Positions 36,067-41,199 of a DNA stretch of 41,199 bases are shown here, piece after piece (position 1 is the first letter of the stretch; each line of letters begins with the position of its first letter). The notes beneath the pieces were generated by a model. That model saw only the letters and a list, made by a program, of their open reading frames with translations, was not told the origin of the DNA and made no database searches. The stretch is from a virus (Duplodnaviria > Caudoviricetes): IMG/VR virus record IMGVR_UViG_3300032257_000038, positions 1 to 41,199 of that record. One strand, given 5' to 3'. A program made the translations under genes and the position numbers.

Positions 36067-36585
36067 ATGCTTAAAAGTCCATGGACCCCATCTTTGATAA
36101 TCTCTGGAGCTGTTTTAATCGCTGTTTTAGTGGTAATGTCGGCTACTGCTTCACCTGACATGCAGACCCAGCCTTCCCCGGCATACAGTAACAGCTACCT
36201 TGCAACCGAACTGGCTAGTGTTTCTGAGGACGTGAAGTTGCTTGCCAATGAAATAGCATCGGTAAAAAATAAGCTCTCAGATCTTGAGTTCTACGAGAAG
36301 CCTGATGAATTTCAAGCGAATACAGAAAGCTTAAATATCAAAAAGGAAGTGGCCGGCGATAATCCAATTCAGATTGCCGATGCATCACAGTCAAATGTGT
36401 ATGAGATTTACCAAAGTGGAGGTGACGACAACGTTGCTGCAATTTACCAGGATAATACTCAGCTAGAATCATCTCAGATGTATACGCCAGAAGGTGGGGA
36501 TTCCCCTGATAGCTTGATGAATGACCTGATGCGTGGAGTGATATCGAATGAAGAGTTCCAGCAAAGATATCAAGGGCTAAGATAA
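36067..36585 (+). CDS. Secreted acidic protein with a curlin-like repeat
   Basis: GAGGAG RBS, signal peptide ending ATA, coiled segment, SNVYEIYQSGGDDNVAAIYQ. Confidence 0.65.
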   Translation: MLKSPWTPSLIISGAVLIAVLVVMSATASPDMQTQPSPAYSNSYLATELASVSEDVKLLANEIASVKNKLSDLEFYEKPDEFQANTESLNIKKEVAGDNPIQIADASQSNVYEIYQSGGDDNVAAIYQDNTQLESSQMYTPEGGDSPDSLMNDLMRGVISNEEFQQRYQGLR

Positions 36586-36664
36586 GCAAATGAAAGTAGG
36601 CCAGGCTTATTCGTTGAGCTTGGGTCGCTTGCCCTCACTCTCCTAACCTAATCTTGATGACGCG

Positions 36665-38326
36665 ATGACAATTGAGACAGCAATAATTACCGGAACGACA
36701 GGCGTGAGCAGCGGTAATGTTGACTTCACTTCGACAGGCTTTGGTACGCCAACCGGAGCATTTCTAATTGTTGGCGGGACAGCGACAGAAAATGCGGCCT
36801 GCTATGGGTTCTATGACGGCACTAATCAGCGTGCAGCATCATTCAACCATGATTCTCGGCGCTGGTCAGCAACGCGTATTTACACTATGGTAAGTGGGGA
36901 TAATGCAACAGGTTCATTTATAACTGATGGATTGCGACTTAACTTTGCATCAGCTCCGACCGACAGACCTTTGCAGGTTATCCTATTTAAAGGGGCTCAG
37001 GTTGATGTAGGTACGGTGACCATGAGTGGTAGCTCTACGGTTACTACTGGGTTTAGTACCGGATTGGTATTAATGAGCAGCCTTAGTTTGACAGGTAATT
37101 ACGATACTGATCAGGGGTTAGGGTTATTATCTTTTGGTGCGGGGACATCAACCTCACAATTTGCTATCTCTCGTCGAAATGAGGCGACGGTTGGATATAG
37201 CACAATAAAAACTGGCAATATCTATCAGCATCAAGGGACGGGTAGCGTGTCTTTCGATGGGCAGATTAGCACCTTTACGTCAACGACTTTTGATGTTGAT
37301 AACGGTGTAGCAACAGGTTTTTACATGGCGATTGAGGCGACAGCAAGTATTGACGTTCAAACAATCACCATGCCAACAAGTGTCACCACTGATAGCTATA
37401 ATGTAGGATTTGAGGCGGACGCAGTAATTTCGTTGCTCTCAGCAGGTACAGTGTCAGGAGCCACCATTTCTGGCGACCTGAGTACAATAGGTGGAGTAGG
37501 GTTAAACAATAATTCGTTAAGCTATAGCCGTGATCTATCTCCGGCTGATGCTGAGACTTTCGTTACGTCTAAGTTTTTAGATGCAAGACTAACCGATGGG
37601 GTAGGCGGCTGGGACGATTATTCGATAGCAACCGTGGCAGGAACGGCTACTGGGTATGATATTACTTACACCGCGGCACCTCCTAGCGCGTTACTAAGTG
37701 GCGTAATATCAATAGAGAAGCTATCGGCTGGAGTATCTGTAGAGGTCGGGACTTCAGCGTTAACCTTATCTGGCCAGGGGGCGAGTGTTTCTACGCCGGT
37801 AGGTATCGACGTTTCGGCCTCACCTATGAACCTGACTTCTCAAACCGCAACCGTTGTAACACCAACAACCATCTCGGCCATAACATCAACCCTATCATTA
37901 ACTGGGCAAGGTGTTACGTTATTAGCCTCTGGTGGCGTGGAGATTCCAGCAGTAAGCCTAAATTTAGTTGGCCAGTCAGTTGGCTTATCCAACCCATTAG
38001 GCTTAACGATACCGGTTGCTGAACTAACCTTGTCTGGCTATACTGCGGCTATAATAACCCCGGTAAATACGATAATTCCTGTATCGTTATTAAATCTTAG
38101 TGGTCAGGCTGTCACTGTACAGCTGCCGACCGATGTGGTCGTCATGCCTGATGTTAATGCGTTAACGCTGAGCGGGTTATCTGTGGTAGTGATTGGCGAT
38201 CCAATACCGATACCACCTGACAGCAGGTTAATTTTAATTGGATCTAGTGATAGGCAAATCAATGTAGGGAGTTATGATAATACAATTACAATTGTGAGTT
38301 ATGATAACGTCATTACAATTAGCTGA
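36665..38326 (+). CDS. Putative virion fibre protein
   Basis: T/S/G-rich beta domains, seven ~22-aa LxLxG(Q) repeats, C-terminal 9-aa repeats. Confidence 0.65.
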   Translation: MTIETAIITGTTGVSSGNVDFTSTGFGTPTGAFLIVGGTATENAACYGFYDGTNQRAASFNHDSRRWSATRIYTMVSGDNATGSFITDGLRLNFASAPTDRPLQVILFKGAQVDVGTVTMSGSSTVTTGFSTGLVLMSSLSLTGNYDTDQGLGLLSFGAGTSTSQFAISRRNEATVGYSTIKTGNIYQHQGTGSVSFDGQISTFTSTTFDVDNGVATGFYMAIEATASIDVQTITMPTSVTTDSYNVGFEADAVISLLSAGTVSGATISGDLSTIGGVGLNNNSLSYSRDLSPADAETFVTSKFLDARLTDGVGGWDDYSIATVAGTATGYDITYTAAPPSALLSGVISIEKLSAGVSVEVGTSALTLSGQGASVSTPVGIDVSASPMNLTSQTATVVTPTTISAITSTLSLTGQGVTLLASGGVEIPAVSLNLVGQSVGLSNPLGLTIPVAELTLSGYTAAIITPVNTIIPVSLLNLSGQAVTVQLPTDVVVMPDVNALTLSGLSVVVIGDPIPIPPDSRLILIGSSDRQINVGSYDNTITIVSYDNVITIS

Positions 38327-38367
38327 GAGCTTAGTTAAAGTTTTTCAGCGATAACTTTTCAGGGGTT

Positions 38368-38592
38368 ATGATGAAACATAAAAAAGAGCGAATTTTGGCA
38401 AACATGGCACGCATTGAAGGTAAGATCAAATCTATGCCAAATGATCGGCGAGCAGATGCTTGGAAGGGTCGTATTATTGACTTTTCCAATCAGTTGATTG
38501 TGCTTGACTTAACTGAACGCCTAAGAGTGTCTAAAGGTGGCGTTGCAATCTCCCCACCATCAGCAGATTTATCATTAAAGGGAATGTCATAA
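38368..38592 (+). CDS. Hypothetical protein
   Basis: AGGGG RBS; coupled to the next gene. Confidence 0.65.
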   Translation: MMKHKKERILANMARIEGKIKSMPNDRRADAWKGRIIDFSNQLIVLDLTERLRVSKGGVAISPPSADLSLKGMS

Positions 38593-39044
38593 TGGCAGCC
38601 AATGCATGGGTATTCTATAACGAATTTACTGAGTATATTGCTGACGGAACAATGGACCTTGATGCTGATTCATTCAAGATTGCTTTGTTCTTATCAACCT
38701 CAAACGCTGCAACACCCACGTTAAGCGGATTGGCTTCTATAACCAACCAGCATGCCAATGCTAACGGGTATACGACGGGTGGCGTAGTGCTTGGGTCAGT
38801 GACCTGGACGCGTGCAGCGGGGGTTGCCACTTTTGACTGCGCTGATGCTGTTTGGACGGCAAGTGGTGGGTCATTAGTAGCTCGGTACGCTGTCATTTAT
38901 AACGACACTGTGACCACGCCGGTTGCCGATCCATTAATTTGCTATTCATTGCTTGATAACACTCCTGCTGACATTACCGTGACAGATACAAACACGCTAA
39001 CAATTCAGATGAGTGCATCTGGCATATTCACGCTGTCAACGTAA
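38592..39044 (+). CDS. Conserved phage structural protein (fibre module)
   Basis: DLDADSFKIAL, NGYTTGG, FD.AD..WT, ARYAVIY motifs recognised from a widespread phage family. Confidence 0.7.
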   Translation: MAANAWVFYNEFTEYIADGTMDLDADSFKIALFLSTSNAATPTLSGLASITNQHANANGYTTGGVVLGSVTWTRAAGVATFDCADAVWTASGGSLVARYAVIYNDTVTTPVADPLICYSLLDNTPADITVTDTNTLTIQMSASGIFTLST

Positions 39045-39055
39045 GGAGCTGCCCA

Positions 39056-39343
39056 ATGCCTGCATGGCGAGAAGGTGTTTCAGTAACAATTGATCCTGAT
39101 GAGGTGCTTGACTATGTTTGGCAATGGAGCAGTTGGTTGAACGGTGACACGATAACTGGGTCAACATTTAGTAATGAGATTGGCTCTTTAACGTTAACTT
39201 CTCCATCGTTCACCGATAGCACGGCGACAGTATTCATTAGTGGTGGTGTGGTTGGTGGAAGTTATAAGGTTGTCAATCAGATAACGACATCTGGAGGCAG
39301 GACTGCCGAACGTGGCATAATGGTAATTGTGGTTAGCAAATAA
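39056..39343 (+). CDS. Fibre adaptor-like Ig/beta-sandwich protein
   Basis: DPDEVLDY..W..WL..DTI, ATV..SGG..G..Y.V...ITT..GR..ER. Confidence 0.7.
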   Translation: MPAWREGVSVTIDPDEVLDYVWQWSSWLNGDTITGSTFSNEIGSLTLTSPSFTDSTATVFISGGVVGGSYKVVNQITTSGGRTAERGIMVIVVSK

Positions 39344-39407
39344 GAGGAAAAATTTTGGCAACTTACTTAGGATTGCGTAACGCAGTTAATAAACAGGTGG
39401 GTAATCT

Positions 39408-40502
39408 GTGATTGAAAGAGCCATGATAACGGGCAGCTTGCCATCAGCTAATGATTATTTCGGGATAGCTTCCTCAATCTCAAATAATGGTTTAGTTTTA
39501 GCTGTTGGCGCATATTTATGGTCAGGTGCCGTGTCAAACCAGGGCGCAGTTTACATTTTTGATTGGGATGGAGCCGCGTGGGTTGAAAGGGGTAAGGTTA
39601 CCGCAAGTGATGCTGGCAGTAACGACCGCTTTGGAACGGCTGTTGGTATATCCGGCGATGGATCTGTATTGGCTGTCGGAGCAACATTTTGGGACGGTAC
39701 GTTTACTGACCAGGGCGCAGTTTACATTTTTGATTGGAATGGCTCATCTTGGGTAGAGAGGTCAATCCTTACTGCAAGTGATGAGGCGGCTAGCGATAGA
39801 TTCGGTACTTCATGCTCCTTATCTGCTGACGGTAAAACGCTTGCTACTGGTGCGTTCTTATGGGATGGCATAGCGGCCAATCAAGGCGCAGTTTACATAC
39901 TTGACTGGAATGGGTCTGCGTGGGTTGAAAGGTCGATTATTACTGCCGCTGATTACGCTGCTAATGACTATTTTGGGTCAAGCTGCTCACTGTCATCGAA
40001 TGGCGGCGTGCTTTCTGTGGGCTCTTACCTTTGGGAAGGCCCAACATCCAACCAGGGCGTCGTCTATATCTATGACTGGTTTGAAGGTGCTTGGGTTGAA
40101 AGAGGGCAGGTAACTGCGAGCGACCCAGCTAGCGGTGACCGCTTTGGCATAGGAAGCAGCATATCCGGCGATGGATCTGTATTAGCTGTCGGAGCAACAT
40201 TTTGGGAGGGCACGTTTGCTGACCAGGGAGCCGTTTATATTTTCGACTGGAATGGCTCATCTTGGGTAGAGAGGGTGATCCTTACTGCAAGCGATGCTGG
40301 CGCGGGTGATAGTTTCGGCTCAGCATGTTCCTTATCTGACGATGGCCATGTTGTTATTATTGGGGCGTTCTTATGGGACGGAGCGGCGGCCAATCAAGGT
40401 GCAGTTTACATGTTTGATTCTAGCCTTCGCCAGCTTCCAAAAATTCGATTACATGAGATAGCCCTTAAAAACGTTTTACTTGAAAAGTCTTCAATTATAT
40501 AG
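39408..40502 (+). CDS. FG-GAP repeat (integrin alpha-like) beta-propeller protein
   Basis: Six 57-aa repeats D.FG....S.DG..L.VGA..W.....QGAVY. Confidence 0.88.
   Translation: MIERAMITGSLPSANDYFGIASSISNNGLVLAVGAYLWSGAVSNQGAVYIFDWDGAAWVERGKVTASDAGSNDRFGTAVGISGDGSVLAVGATFWDGTFTDQGAVYIFDWNGSSWVERSILTASDEAASDRFGTSCSLSADGKTLATGAFLWDGIAANQGAVYILDWNGSAWVERSIITAADYAANDYFGSSCSLSSNGGVLSVGSYLWEGPTSNQGVVYIYDWFEGAWVERGQVTASDPASGDRFGIGSSISGDGSVLAVGATFWEGTFADQGAVYIFDWNGSSWVERVILTASDAGAGDSFGSACSLSDDGHVVIIGAFLWDGAAANQGAVYMFDSSLRQLPKIRLHEIALKNVLLEKSSII
39448..40420 (+). repeat. Six 171-nt coding repeats in ABC-ABC arrangement
   Basis: Near-identical DNA at 39648 and 40161 (513-nt offset). Confidence 0.85.
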
Positions 40503-40512
40503 TGAGAACATT

Positions 40513-40800
40513 ATGCCGAACAAAGTAGTTTTAGATGCAATAACATCCATAGCAACATCCAACATAGAAGGCATGGGTAGCTATGGCTTTGAGCCAACAC
40601 TTCAGTTAGTGATTACGGGGACAGCCACCGCTCTCATAGAAGTATCTAATAACGGGGTTGACTTTGATACTATTTCAACACTGACAAGTAGCGGAATTCA
40701 TTACTTCAATAGATCGCCGGCATTTATGCGCATTGATGTGACGGTGCTATCATCAGGATCAGTGACAGCTATACTCGATGGGCACGCTAGTCATTTGTGA
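40513..40800 (+). CDS. Small beta-sandwich protein, probably structural
   Basis: TAT..IEVSNNG.DF...FMR..V; start set at ATG 40513. Confidence 0.6.
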   Translation: MPNKVVLDAITSIATSNIEGMGSYGFEPTLQLVITGTATALIEVSNNGVDFDTISTLTSSGIHYFNRSPAFMRIDVTVLSSGSVTAILDGHASHL

Positions 40801-41138
40801 TGCCTAGCTTCATTTGTAGAAAAGCAGGATGCAAGAAGATCATTACCTCCACAGGCTTCTGTAGTGATCATACTGATACATATGGTAAAGAGTATGACAG
40901 ACATAGAGGTAGCTCAAACGAACGTGGGTACGATTCAAAATGGAGGCGTGCCCGTTTGGTGTATCTTGCTGCTAATCCTTTATGTGTTCAGTGTAGGTGT
41001 GATGGTGTCGTCCACCCTGCCTCAGTCATAGATCATATCGTGCCTCATCGTGGAGATAGGGAGCTATTCAATGACCAGTCTAATTGGCAATCGTTATGTA
41101 AGCGACACCATGATGAGAAAACCAGGAGAGGGGAGTGA
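40797..41138 (+). CDS. Terminase-associated HNH endonuclease (HK97 gp74-like)
   Basis: RGYDSKW, PLCVQC, DHIVPHRGD, NWQSLC..HH..KT; directly before cos/terS. Confidence 0.93.
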   Translation: MMPSFICRKAGCKKIITSTGFCSDHTDTYGKEYDRHRGSSNERGYDSKWRRARLVYLAANPLCVQCRCDGVVHPASVIDHIVPHRGDRELFNDQSNWQSLCKRHHDEKTRRGE

Positions 41139-41198
41139 TGATAAAACAATCGCAGGGGGAGGGGGGAGGAAATCCTTCTAATTATTGCCCCTAGCGAC
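41073..41198. repeat. Terminal direct repeat, right copy
   Basis: Identical to 1-126. Confidence 0.95.
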
Positions 41199-41199
41199 A

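Noticed and set aside
36590-36646. 18-codon mini-ORF or riboswitch before the fibre gene
   Set aside because: No RBS and no recognisable riboswitch consensus; only a simple hairpin is supported.
39648-40300. Near-identical repeat pair as a diversity-generating retroelement TR/VR
   Set aside because: No reverse transcriptase in the genome, both copies lie in frame in one gene, and the differences are not adenine-specific.
200-41138. Alternative genetic code or stop-codon readthrough
   Set aside because: Genes are full-length and tightly packed under the standard code, with all three stop codons used.

Overview
The window is an apparently complete ~41.07-kb tailed dsDNA phage genome (siphovirus organisation, about 44% GC by eye), assembled with a 126-nt terminal overlap and with a probable cos site near 124-139. 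Left half: HK97-type packaging and head genes, two paralogous tail-tube genes, a -1 frameshifted tail chaperone, a short tape measure and an RcGTA-like tail tip whose large protein carries an ~785-aa glycoside-hydrolase-like insertion, then a holin/M15 endolysin cassette. Middle: a leftward accessory operon (RusA-like, PEP-CTERM-tailed membrane protein, sigma-70-like factor, superinfection-immunity protein) diverging from a rightward recombination/replication operon (Sak4-like ATPase, SSB, helicase, Cas4-like nuclease, dUTPase, primase-helicase). Right end: candidate origin, Rha and KilAC proteins, two secreted morons (one with a curlin-like repeat), a second fibre-like structural module with an FG-GAP propeller, and the terminase-associated HNH. 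I saw no integrase, CI-type repressor, DNA polymerase, tRNA, CRISPR array or reverse transcriptase. The most unusual signals are the phage PEP-CTERM protein, a candidate ~70-nt anti-RBS small RNA, the curlin-repeat moron and the GH8-like tail insertion. All family calls are motif recognition by eye, not database searches.
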